Of a stretch of DNA of 64,000 nt, positions 51,256 through 63,275 are shown piece by piece. The stretch is from the human T2T-CHM13v2.0 reference genome, Homo sapiens. Below the pieces are notes generated by a model. The model was not told the DNA's origin. It was given only the letters and a program-made list of their open reading frames with translations, and ran no database searches. The stretch's first letter is position 1; the number at the start of each line of letters is the position of its first letter. The DNA is taken from the NCBI RefSeq assembly GCF_009914755.1, contig NC_060927.1; one strand, written 5' to 3'. A program made the translations under genes and the position numbers.

Positions 51256-51641
51256 AAGGTAATTTCTTTAAGAAATATCAATACTTTTTTTTCTACTTAG
51301 CATTCATAAGAATACAAACATGTGGCAGGGAACAGTGATGGGACCTACAGCTTACATCAGGGAAAATTTCAGACATAACATGGTGCTGTCACCCTGCATG
51401 TAGTATCTATATGAAATGGTATAAAAGAGGAGGCTAAAAGAAACAGCATTAAGTTTTCAGGATTTTCTGTAAATACGCTGCTTAGTATGTTATTCATTTT
51501 TTTTTCTTGGTGAAGAATAGCAGAAATTTTTTTCTTGTGTATAGTTGTAGATCAGCACCCCAAATCATGCAAGAAATCAGTTTTTTCTCTTCCCATTGGC
51601 TTCTAAAAAACTCAGCCCTAAATTTGTGTATACCCTTAGAT

Positions 51642-51880
51642 CAGTAGTTTTAAAACTTTCTTTGCCATGGCCACAGAGAGAAATTTTATATCATGACCTA
51701 ATGCACAAACACACACATAAATCTGAAAGTTACGTAAAGGATATAATACCCTTACTTTGTGCAATGCCCTCCGATATTCTGTTCTTGCCTTCACATCCTA
51801 ATCCTTTCAAAATGATGGGCACTTACTAAGATGGTTTCCCAGGCCATTAATGTGTTGCAACGAAGTTTGAAAAACATTGT
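51642..51880. mobile_element. hAT-Charlie MITE
   Basis: TIRs cagtagttttaaaact ... agtttgaaaaacattg. Confidence 0.7.
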
Positions 51881-52949
51881 CTTCTAGACAATGGTACATA
51901 TTAGGCATTCAATAAAATGTTATTGAATGAACAGTGGTATGCATTTTGTTAATTTGGCCTAAACTCCAATTTGTTGTTAGCCTTGTTTTCCTTTGCCTTC
52001 TCACCTTTTGTTCTTATTTAGGTCAACTTCTTATAGTGTATGCATCTTTAGAAATTGTCTTAATCTTTTCCAGAACAAGTCCTTAAAACACACTCTCAAA
52101 GTCACACAGTAAATCAGTCAGAGCAGAGACAGGAGAGAAAAGGTCATCCCAAGGCACCCAAGGTGCTGGGAATGAGAAGCTTAACACCTGTAGGACAGAC
52201 ACTTCCTGTCCCACCTCTGTAACAATGTCTGTAGTGCTAGACACATGAGAGCAGATGGTGACCGGGACTAAGTGCCTGGAGCTCACCTCTAACCTTACAG
52301 GGAACCCTATATACTCTTGCTTTCCATGAAGTTCTCTTGCATTTCCGACAGATGGGAGAGAGTGAGCCAGCTCATTCTGAGAAACACAAAGACACTTTTT
52401 GGAAGAGGAACAAAGGGTTCTGCAACTGACAATGAAGAATGGTGTGAGCATCTATGTGTATCACTGTGATAAAGAAGCTCATGGTCTTGAGTTTCCTTTA
52501 TCTCTCTTTTGAGGGTGTAAAGTCTTTCTCAGGCCATTGACATTTTGTGTCAACAGAAAAGCTAGCAAACATGTTGGAAGGAACTAGTTCAGGCATGTGA
52601 GAATAAACCTTATCTTTCTAACACAGGAACAAATTTAACCTTAATAAAACTTTTATTTTAAAAACATTCCTGTTAGTACTATTAAACAAAACTTCCATAC
52701 AAAAGTTCTTGGATCACTTTTGGGCAAGCTGCCATTCTGGCTTATCTTCAACAACCAAAGAAACGAAAACATGTTTTAGGCCAAGCACCATGGTCCAGTT
52801 CAGTAATGCTGTCCCTATGAGGATAGGGCTGTGAGCTAGAGAAGAGAGGTGAACGTGACTGGTCATTGCTTTAGCTAGAAAGGGTCAAAAATGACAAGGA
52901 ATGTAACAGGGCTTAATGGACCAGAAGCCAAAAATGCAGTCTAAGATTT

Positions 52950-53365
52950 GCCTTCACAGATGTCTACAGGAACATTTGTTTTAGCAGTATGAAATCAGAA
53001 GCAGCCTGCAAATTTCAAACCGGGGTGGTTGGTTTTAAAAGGTCTTTGCGCAGCCATTCAAACTCAAACCTACAAACGCACAATGCAAGAATTCATCACA
53101 ACAAAATATTAAATGTAAACAGCAGGATGAAAAACTATACACACAAAATATGAATTCAACCATATTTTAAGCATACACATATACTACATATCCATAGAAA
53201 AAGACTTGGAAGAAACACTCCAAAATATTAAGAAGAGCTATAAACACTGGCTAGTGAAATTAAGAATGAATATTCAATTTCTTTTTTATTCTTTTCCTTG
53301 TTTTTCAAATTCCCACTTTAGGTATAGATTGCTTTGATTGCTTGATAAATAAAGCTATTTTTAAA
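52950..53365 (+). mobile_element. Old L1ME 3' fragment
   Basis: gaaaaagacttggaagaaacactccaaaatattaa, ends aataaagctattttt. Confidence 0.65.
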
Positions 53366-54418
53366 AATGTAATACTATATTTCTTTATAAACTCTAGTTT
53401 TTTCATTCATTGATTGACAAATATCTGGATAAAATTTTGTCGATTTTCTCTTTAATGACAACTTCAGGGGTTAAATTGCAATTCAACAAGGAGAGCAGGC
53501 AGACTGAACACAAGAGTGAATCACATGCAGAGTAAAAGTGAAACATGGATTCTTACCCCCCAAGTATATTTGCATAAAGAAAAACCAACTTACAAAAAAA
53601 AAACCTCTTGTCAGAAACACTCTTTGTCTTGTATATTTTTTTCATGTGGGATGTGTAGAATAGTTTAAAACTGTAGTCCATAAGTAACGCTAAAGGTTTA
53701 GATAGCCTACACACAGTCAGTGTAAATGTCACACAGCCATGAATTGCTTGGTGTAGAGTTTCACAGTTCTACAGCAACTCATGTCACCCAGCTGGCTACA
53801 GGCAAAACTGAGCAATAGACAAATCTCTATAGACATTTGACAAGGAAATGAAGGTCGCACAAAGAAATGAGGCTGTGTATTCAAGCTAGGACCATAGACA
53901 ATTCACTGTGAATTAGCAAGCACAGAAGCATACAAGTCAAATAAAGTGTCTTCATTTTTCATGTGGTTTCTAGTTACTTTGTCACTTTCCTGAACTGTGC
54001 AGGTCAGTGTGGATATCACCAAAGGCTCAGTGTTGCATTGCCAGGTGCAGGAAGGAAAAAGGCAGGTTAATCTGTTTTATCATTTATTTCTCTGACTTTA
54101 TATATTAGGCGATTCCATATGATAAAAACAAAACAAAGCAAACAAAGGAAAGAAAACTCCTATAAAACTTTGTATTAATAAGCCCCTTAATTTTAAAAAA
54201 TAGGTTTGTTTTTTATCTCTTAATCTAAATAATGCAATATTTAATAAAGCACATATGCATAGCAAATTTTAAACACTAAGATGAGGGCAAGTCATCTCAA
54301 TCTCTTGCTAAGCATTGCTAAAATTAAAAAAATCTTAGGAGGATACTAAGTACATCATTTACAATATGGTAGTCTTGTGCCCTGATTTCAATTAAATGCT
54401 TCTATTAAGAATTTTAAA

Positions 54419-54819
54419 GGTTGCATAGTATTCCATGGGGTATATGTGCCACATTTTCTTTATCCAGTCTATCACTGATGGACATTTAGGTTGGTTCCAT
54501 GTCTTTGCTATTGTGAACAGTGAGGCCATTATCCTTGGTAAACTAACACAGGAACAGAAAGCCAAACACTGCGTGTTCTCACTTATAAGTAGGAGCTAAA
54601 TGATGAAAATACATGGACACATAAAGGGGAGCAACACACACTAGGGCCTTTTGGGTGGAGGATAGGAGGAGGGAGAGGATCAGAAAAAATAACTAATGAG
54701 TAGTAGGCTTAATACCTGGGTGATGAAATAATCTATACAACAAACCCCCATCACACAAATTTACCTATGTAACAAATCTGAACTTGTACCCTTGAACTTA
54801 AGATAAAAGTTAAAAAAAA
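54419..54819 (+). mobile_element. 5'-inverted, truncated primate L1 (older L1PA)
   Basis: Antisense segment 54419-54522 joined to a sense 3' UTR (aggccattatcc...ttctcacttataagt...aaaagttaaaaaaaa); degenerate TSD ending ttaaagg. Confidence 0.92.
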
Positions 54820-55284
54820 GTTAAAGGAACTTCAAATGCTATCACAAATTGGACAGAAATATGTTTACTTTGGAAGAACACACAAAGCATAATGAGTGAC
54901 TAGGATCTCACCATTGGGTTTTCTTGTCTATATTGGGAAAGCAAACTTTTTCAACATCTTAGAGTGTCTGCCAATCTTAGGCTAAGACATTGGCTACTGA
55001 ATTTGGAACTGACACTTGGGCTACTGAGAGTACACACTGGAGGAAGGAGAAGGAAATCCGAATGGAAGGGTAGGAGGGGATGAGTTTCGGCTCTGTCTGG
55101 ATTTCCACTCTCAAATAAAGGATTACTGTGTCAACTCATGAGTAAAAGTGAAGAGCAAACTTCTAAGTTAATTAAAAGAACTTGGTTTGGAAACAAGATT
55201 TTGAATCCCCCAAGGCTGTGAAGACTTTCCTTTCCATCCATCCTCCAATGAGGAGCTCACAGAAGGCTCAAGATAAAAAAGTGG

Positions 55285-56025
55285 ATTTCTCCATAAATCC
55301 ACATTGATACAGATAAATAAACACATGAGTAAACAAACAAACAAACAGAGGAGAAGGGAAAACTCTTCCTCAAGGCAGAATGGATATTAAAACTAGAGGT
55401 GAAAATTTAAGGAGGAAAAGACATTTGTATGGTCTCAAGGTATTTAATTTCACATAACATATATTAATTACAAAGAAGAAAATAGTAACTTTCCAATGAG
55501 AAAACCCAACAGACAGCACCTTAACCAAGTGATTAAAACTAACATCCTCAATAATGGAGTAAAGTGGCATCATGTGCTTCCTGATATGATGCACTGAGAA
55601 GGACATGAGATCATTAATGTGGTGTTTCCTTCCAAAGGCACATCACCTGAACATATCTTTGAGGAAATATTAGAAATACACACTGGAGACATTCTACAAA
55701 ATAATTGGCTTGTATCCTCCAAAAATACCAAGGTCAGGAAACACAAAGAAAGGCTGAGGAAATGTTTCTGTATAATAAAGGAGCCTAATGAGACATGACG
55801 ACCAAATGCAGCATGATATCCTGGAATGGATCCTAATTGGGAAAAAGAATTGTTACCAAAGACATGATTGGACAATGGACAAAATTTGAACAGAGGATGT
55901 CAATTCAATAATAGTATGTATCAATGTTGAATTTCCTGGGTTTGATAACCAGCCTGTAGTTATGTAAGAGGCTGTGCTTGTTCTTAGGAAATACACAACG
56001 AAACACTTAGGAATGAGGGCATAAA
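55285..56025 (+). mobile_element. L1MC-type 3' UTR
   Basis: caccttaaccaagtgattaaaactaacatc, cctgatatgatgcactgagaagga, gagacatgacgaccaaatgca, gttcttaggaaatacaca. Confidence 0.85.
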
Positions 56026-56289
56026 AGACAGTAAGGTGGCTGACAGAGACTTAGTAGTATAAAAAACCACAATTTTTCTACACTGTAATTCCTTCCTGGC
56101 TATACCAGAGAGATGCCAGTGAGGTCACGCCAAATGGGCAGTGAGGCTCAGTGCATTCACCTGAAGGCAGAAAGGGTGTACACAAGGTATACGTATATTA
56201 GTAAAAACACATGGCAGGGTCATCTGTGGGTCTGGAGGAGTTTCTATAATCTTAGCACTTGTATATCAGAGTCTGGCTTATCATGGAAA

Positions 56290-57155
56290 CTCCTACAAAT
56301 TAGCTATATGAAAAATACCTTCATTCTATTCCAATGGTTCCCCAAGTCTTAACTCATTCTGGCAACAACTCTAAAGTCCAGAGTCTCATCTAAATATCAT
56401 CTAAATCAGATATGAGTGAGACTTGAGGTATGATTCATCCTGAGGCAGAATTCTTCTCCAGCTGTGAACCTGTGAAACCAGACAAATTATGTGCTTCCAA
56501 AATTCAATGGTGAGAAAGACACAGCATAGACATTCCCATTCCAAACAGAACTAGGAAAAAAGGAGAGGGTGAAGGATCTTGAGCAAGTCCAAATCTAGCA
56601 AGACAAATTTAATCAGACTTTAGGATTGAGAATAATCCTCTTTGGTTTGATGCTCTGCCCTTCTGGTCCACTGGTGTGGTGGTGGTCCAGCCCCCAAAAC
56701 TCCAGGTGGTCCTGAACCGCCTCAAAGGTTCCACCGGACAGTCCTAGACCCAAGACTTTAGTGGAAGGCTGTCTGGCCTGTTGAAACTGAGATGGTGGCC
56801 CTGATGATCTCTGAATTGTCTTTGCAGGCTCTTCTCCCCTTTTCTTAAGAATAGTACATGCTCACAGCCAAATAGTTCTATGGTCCAGGCCAGTCAAGTC
56901 TAAGAAATCCAACAGGCTTCTTTCATTCTGTCCTGTTTTGTCTGTCTCCTTTAGTTCCAACTGGCAGTGTCTTTGCTAATATGATCCCATTCTATTCCTG
57001 GCTTTGCTAAGACCCCACTAGAACTGCCCTTAAAGTCTATAATTCTAGCATACACCTCAAAACTCTTCCAGCCTCTACCCCTTACTCAGTTCCAAAGCCA
57101 CTTCCATGCTTTCAGGTATTTGTTACAGCAGCACCTCAATTGTTGGTACCAAAAA
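56290..57155 (-). mobile_element. MaLR (MLT1-type) internal sequence with an internal deletion
   Basis: 3' part gtcttaactcattc...aaagtccagagtctcatct; 5' part ccagcctctacccc-tactcagttccaaagccacttcca...ttggtaccaa. Confidence 0.85.
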
Positions 57156-57776
57156 AGTCACTAGTAGGGCCAAGTCAGACATGATGGTGAAAACCATTTT
57201 CTATACACTGGGATTCCTCCCTGGCCATATCAGAGAGGCCCCCTGAATATGCAGAAAAGAAGGAACGTACACAAAGGAACCGAGGCTTTCCTTCTCCCAC
57301 CCTCCTGTCAGACTCCCTTACACCAAAGATGGTCTCTGATTGCCAGTCATGAGAACTTTCTTCAGGGGAGATGGGTTATAGGAAGGTAAAGACTTAGAAT
57401 AAATTATTCTTTGGCAATATATACAGACTTAGACTTAAAAATTTTCAGCACCTAGCCATGATTCTCGGTGACCTATGGCCAATAATTTAACTAAAAATGT
57501 AAAGGCTCTTATTTATGGTGAGGCACCTGACCTGAAGATTGAAATAAAATGAGGTGGTATCCTTGACTCAGTTTTGTTGGTTTTATGTTTTTTTTTGTCC
57601 CCCAAAATGAACACCAATATTTTAGGCTCAAAATCTCAGAGCTTCAAGGGATGTCTAAAGATAATTTCATTCAAATTCCTCTTTTCACAATTGGGAAAAG
57701 CAAGGAGTCAAGCAGAAAGGTAAAGTGACTTTCTCAGTCTTAATCTTGTGCCAGGACTGGAATCCTTGTCTCTCCC

Positions 57777-57836
57777 AAAAAAAAAAAAAAAAAAAAAAAA
57801 AAACAAAAAACAAACAAACAAAAAAACACCAAAAAA
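57777..57836. repeat. Poly(A)/(CAAA)n tract
   Basis: A-run of more than 25 nt followed by caaa units. Confidence 0.9.
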
Positions 57837-57849
57837 CTCTTACCATTTG

Positions 57850-59440
57850 AATAGAAATAAAACATTATGTGGTTAAAAAAATTTAAAAAGTTCAAAAGAG
57901 CATATCATGAAAAATGAGTCTCCATAGAGTTTGTGACCCTCATTAAAACCTTATTTATCTTCCCAGAAATGTTCCTGGCATACACATACATATATACCTA
58001 TGTATTCTTTTTTTCATAGAAGAGTATTCATATTATAATGTTATCTATCTTTCTCATTTTGTTTGGCCCTTAATTTGAACTCTTTTCATATCAATATACT
58101 CAAATTTATTGTCCACTTCTGAGGGGGTTACACAGTATTCCGTTGTTCTTATTCCATTTATAATTAAAGCATTCCCCTAGTGACAGACTTTTAGGTTGTA
58201 CGCTGTTCTTTGAGATTATAAACTACGCTGTACTGGTGGAATGTATGTATTTTAACAATGTGCGTCTTTTCATACACTTCCGTCATTTTGTTTTTCTGAA
58301 AACTTTGTCTTTAGCAACCACTCCCCTATCATTCTTTACTTCCTTGCCTTGCATTAGTTTCCCTTGCAGATTTATCACTGCCTGAAATAGTACTTGATTG
58401 TTTATTTTTTGTCATTTATGTCTGTTGACTAGAATGGAAGCTCCATGGAATTAGGAACTTCGTTTTATTCACTACTATATCCTTAGCCCAGAGAACAGTG
58501 ACTGGTTCCTGGTAGATGTTTAATAAATATTTGATGAATAAATTAATAAATGCTTTGCACACTTTACTATTAGATATTGTTTTTCTTACTAATTCATAAG
58601 AGTGCTGTATATAGTAATTAAATGAGCCCTTGTCATTTGTGTTACCAATATACTTTCCAGTGTATTTATCTGACTTTGTTGATGGCATTATATTTTTGCC
58701 ATAAATAAATGTTATATAGCCAAACATAACATAACTGTCCTTTATTTTGTAGCTTTTGGGTTTTGTGTCTTGCTTAGAAAGGCCTTAGGCACTCCAGAGT
58801 TATTTTTAAAAACTTGTCTGGTACTTTAATGGTTTGTTTTTATGTTGGAGTCTTTGATTCATTTGGAATTTATTTTGGCATAAGTAGTAGCTGTGTATTC
58901 AGCTTTGTTATTTTTCCCAAATAGCCCATTGACCCAACATTAATTAAAGAATAATGCATCCTTTTCTCATTATTCTGAATGTCATCTTTATCATATACCA
59001 AATTCTCATAAATATTTACACTATACTTTCCAGTCCCTATTATATTTTGTTCATTTGTCTGCCTACTTCTGTGTTGGTATGAATTTGTTGTAATTCCCCT
59101 TGATTTATAGTGTATTTTAACATTTGTGTAAGACTGGGCTCTCCTCTTTGTCTCCTTTACACTGATGTTTTCCTGTCAATTCTCGCATGGTTATTTTTCC
59201 ATAAGAACATCAGAAACCACTGAACCAGTCAATCCACTGTCAAAACATTCCCTTAATATTTTACTGAGGTCAGATTATAATATAGATTAATTTAGGAATA
59301 AATGACATCAATAAAAGAACTTAGCTCTCTTGAGTCCTGAATGTTCTTTATGCTCTCACGACTTCCTTGATATACACAAATAAAATGTAATTTTCCTCAA
59401 TGGGAAGAATGAATGTGACTCTTATACTAAAACTAAAACA
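57850..59440 (-). mobile_element. Old L1ME fragments interrupted by an L2 3' end (~58300-58545, + strand)
   Basis: L1: ttttgtgtcttgcttagaaaggcctt, catctttatcatataccaaattc; L2: actagaatggaagctccatg ... aataaatatttgatgaataaat. Confidence 0.75.
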
Positions 59441-59448
59441 AAACCTTC

Positions 59449-60008
59449 TGTTCCAGTTATCTATTGCTGTGAAGCAACACCATGCCACCCCAAAATTTAG
59501 TGGCTTAAAACAGCAACCACTTTTATCACGTCTGATGATTTTGTGGGTCCAGAATTCAAGCAGGGCTTCGTTGGATGGTTCTTCTGCCTTCACATGGTGT
59601 TAATTAAGGATACTCAGTGAAGTTCAGTTGGTGGCTGGGCTGGTATGGAAGTACAAGATGGCTTCACCCACTTGCATGACACCTGGGCAAGGATGACAGG
59701 AAGGCTTAGCTGAGCTGGGATTATCTCCCAGAGTTCCCAGATGTGGCCTCTCCAGCATGGCAGCTTCAGGGTAGTTGGAATTTTTAGATGGTGACTGAGG
59801 CTCCAAAAGCAGGTGTTCCAGTGAACAGGGAGGAGGCTGCATGGCCTTTAATGGTCTAGCCTCAGAAGTCACTTAGTGTCTCTTCTGCTGTATTCTCTCA
59901 GTCAGTGAAGTCACAAGCCTGCCCAAATTCAAGGGGAGGGGATATAGACCTTTATCTCTTGATGAGAGAATGCCAAAGAATTTGTGACCATGTTTAAAAA
60001 CCACCATT
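59449..60008 (-). mobile_element. ERVL-MaLR solo LTR, MLT1H-like
   Basis: tgttccagttatctattgctgtg, tggcctctccagcatggcagcttcaggg, ctagcctcagaagtcac; 5-bp TSD ccttc at 59444-59448 and 60009-60013. Confidence 0.9.
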
Positions 60009-60559
60009 CCTTCTAATAGTAGAAAACTAGACAATTTTCTCATTAGTTTAACAACTCTAGACTTTTCTACAATCTTTTTTCTACTTCCCTCACTTCTGTC
60101 ACTGGAAACATTGCCATGATTCAAAACTATAAGTATTTTATTTTTAAAAACACATTTTCAGTTGAGTTGTATTCTTTGCCCATGTGCGTGGGGACAGCCA
60201 TGGCCCTCAGCATGACTTTGGCTTTATCTGTCCATTCTTTCTGCTACCCACTTCTGGCCACTTTACAGCTTGCTGGTGCCTCCACCAGAGGGTGGCAGGA
60301 GCAGAGAAAGTGAACTCAAATTTGTCCGTTTAAAAAAACTTGTTATTTGGCAGCAGTTTTGCATAAAGGCAGAAAGCAAATTAAAACTAAAAGTACATAT
60401 TTTGAAGATTAACTGTGAAACTCAACCACTCATTACAAAGAACACCAGAGCTGGCTATTCTTTCTATTAATCCAAGGCCTTATTTCAAAGACCCCTAAAG
60501 ATGTGCTCCAGTAATCCCCTTCATGCCTTCCTAGATTATGCCTTTCTTTTCTAAATTCC

Positions 60560-60755
60560 AGTGATAGTAGCAACATTTATTGATTATCTGCTGTGCCAGG
60601 TGCTTTACACATGTTTATTATTGCATTTAACCCTAACAGCACTCCAAGGGTGGGAATTGTTATGCTGATTTTTAAGCCAAGAACACTGCTGCCCATTGAA
60701 ATTAGCTACTAAGGTTCACAGAGCGAAAATGTAGCAAAGTCTATTCACTACACCC
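60560..60755 (-). mobile_element. MIR
   Basis: aacatttattga, tgctttacacatgtttattattgcatttaaccct, aaggttcacagagc. Confidence 0.6.
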
Positions 60756-60762
60756 TTGTGTC

Positions 60763-61590
60763 CAGATGTGTTCAGTAGACCAGCAGCATCAGCATCACCT
60801 AGGAGCTTGTTAGAAATGCAGAACCTCAGGTTCATTCCCAGACCTTCTGTAAAAAGCTGCATTTAATACGCAGGCGATGCATATTAACATTAAAGTTTTT
60901 GAAGCCCTGCTCTCTATCCTGCTTCTCAAACATTCCTGCACACTGGAATCCCATGGAGAACTGCTTTTTACCGATACATAATTGTTCATGAACAACTTTT
61001 TAAAAATGCTAATGCCTGAGCACCTTTTCTTCCTCCCAATTCCAATTTAACTGATCTGGGGTGCAACCTGGGCATCAGAAGTTTTCATAGCTCCCCAGGT
61101 AGTTCTATCATGCAGCAAAATTTAAGAACCATTGTTTTATATAGTTCACTTGGTACTAAGCATATTCTATATCCGGTATAGTTGTTTATCATTTTTATAC
61201 ACATCATATGTCCCCAACATGAATATATTTTATATATCAGCTCTCTTTACAGAGTGGCGGTTTCTTGCACAAAATATGCACTCACTAAACATTTGCTGCT
61301 ATTGCTGTTGTTGAAAATGGTGCTTAATTGGTCTGTGGTGGGGCTCGAACATCAGTATTTTTGAAAAACCACCTCACGTGATTCTATTATGCAGCCAAGG
61401 TTGAAAACCACTGGGTTGGCTCCTACAGCTCCAGCTGATGGTTGCTATGGAGAAATTTGGGCAGAGGAATGCTAAGTGTCCTGATTTTTGAAGAAGATCC
61501 TTAAAACCCAGATTTTTATAATAACTGTTGACAACAAATTCAGGTTTTTGAAAAAACTGTGTGAACAAAATAAACCACATCTGCTGGTCA
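60763..61590. mobile_element. Cluster of hAT MITEs: MER5A1-like, MER5B-like, MER5B half and another hAT element
   Basis: gaccagcagcatcagcatcacctaggagcttgttagaaatgcag; gatctggggtgcaacctgggcatc; gcagccaaggttgaaaaccactg. Confidence 0.8.
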
Positions 61591-62449
61591 TGTGTGCCTG
61601 CACATGCATGAGCATACACTTGTAAAGGGATATGGGATACTCAATATATTTATGGTTATGCACTTGGAAATTCATAACTCTAAGTCTGAATTATTATAAA
61701 TGCCACCACTACTGCTGCTTTGGAAAAACACACCATCATCATTGCATAACCATCTAGCTTAAAAAAGAGTCACCATATTGTTTCTGTCGATATACATAAT
61801 ACACAGCCCAAAATAGAGATTGTGAAGTCTTGGAGAATGAATAATCTGTGCCTCATTTTGTTCTATGCAATGCCTAAATATGCCAACAGAACAAGAGGAT
61901 GTGTCCCAAAAAGAGGGGGCAGGAGGCATTTGGAAATTCTGGGAAGAAAGATAGTCTATAAGAGCAGGGTACTATTGTTATGAATTCTACCCACTGCCTG
62001 AGCACCACTCAGTGATTAAGGAAAACCAAAGAAAGGAGACCCAAGAAGAAAAACTAGAACAAGAAATAAAGGTATGAAAGAGAAATATGGCCAGAAGAAA
62101 TTTTCCCATCTGGTTTCTTCACCACTAGTGGCTCCTTATGTATGGATTTGTTTGCCAGAGCTAATAAACAGTGAGGGTCTCTAATGATGTGAAGCTGGGT
62201 GGTAAAGGCACTGGGGGCTTACGTCATGCAGCCAATGATGTGTTGAGTGAAATATACCACATGTTGAATTTGCTGGCATCAGCACCTTCTGCCGATTTAA
62301 CTTATGGGCAGATGATAGCAGGCCCAACACCCAATACTACTTGCCCATATCCTTGCTTTCATTTCATAAAGCAAGAATAAAAGAGAGTCAGTATCAATAT
62401 CAAAATAAATACCACTAGTAATATTGATGATGTTACTTTTACCACCAAT

Positions 62450-63275
62450 AATAATAGCAGTTATCAATTACCGAATGCTTACAATGGGCCAAGCACTGTG
62501 CTAAACACCTTACGTATTATATCTCATTTATTCTCAAAACAATAGCCACACTGATTCTTTTAAAAGAGATGTCAGATCTTGCTTTCACCTCCTCAAAACC
62601 CTTCAGTGGCTCCCATTTTACTGAGTGCCACAGGCGAAGTCCCTTTCACAGTCTGCAAAGCTGTATGTCTACCAACTATCCACCCCCTTCCCTACTCATA
62701 ATCTCTCTGACTCCACCTCCTACTCCTCTTCCCCTCTCTTAATCCATTCCATCTGGCCTAATGAACCTTCTATTTCTCCAACATGAAGCCTCTGCACTAG
62801 CTGCCCCCTTCATAAGAGATGCTCTTCCCCTAGATATGCACAAGCATCATTCCTGTCACCTTCTCAGTGAGGGTTTCTCATACCAAGCTGTTTAAAATTG
62901 CATTTCCCCATTCCTACATTCCCCTTCTTCTTTTTTCTCTCCATAGCACTTATCACCTTCTAATATCCAACACTGTACTTATTGATTTTTTAAATGGACT
63001 CTCATCCACTGGACTGTAAGCTTCATGAAGGCAGAGATTTTATTCTGTTTTGTTGATTATAGTGTCTCCAGTGCCTAAGGCAAGGCCAGGCACTTATCTG
63101 GCACTTGATAAACATTTTTAGAATGAATAAATTAATGAATTTAATCCTCACAACAACCATAAGAGATAGGTGCTATAATTATCCTGCTTTAACAAGTATT
63201 GGGTATGAAGTTTAGAGACATTATATTTGCCCAAGATCACAAATGAGAAATTGTTAGAGGGATGTAAGCCAAGGA
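62450..63275. mobile_element. MIR (-) split by an L2a 3' end (+, ~62543-63139)
   Basis: MIR halves gcactgtgctaaacaccttacg...atctcattta and tttaatcctcacaacaacc...ttgcccaagatcaca flank an L2 ending gaatgaataaattaatgaa. Confidence 0.85.

Noticed and set aside
52352-52443. Plus-strand coding exon starting ATGGGAGAG after a good acceptor
   Set aside because: The ATG frame stops after 25 codons and the downstream donor is weak.
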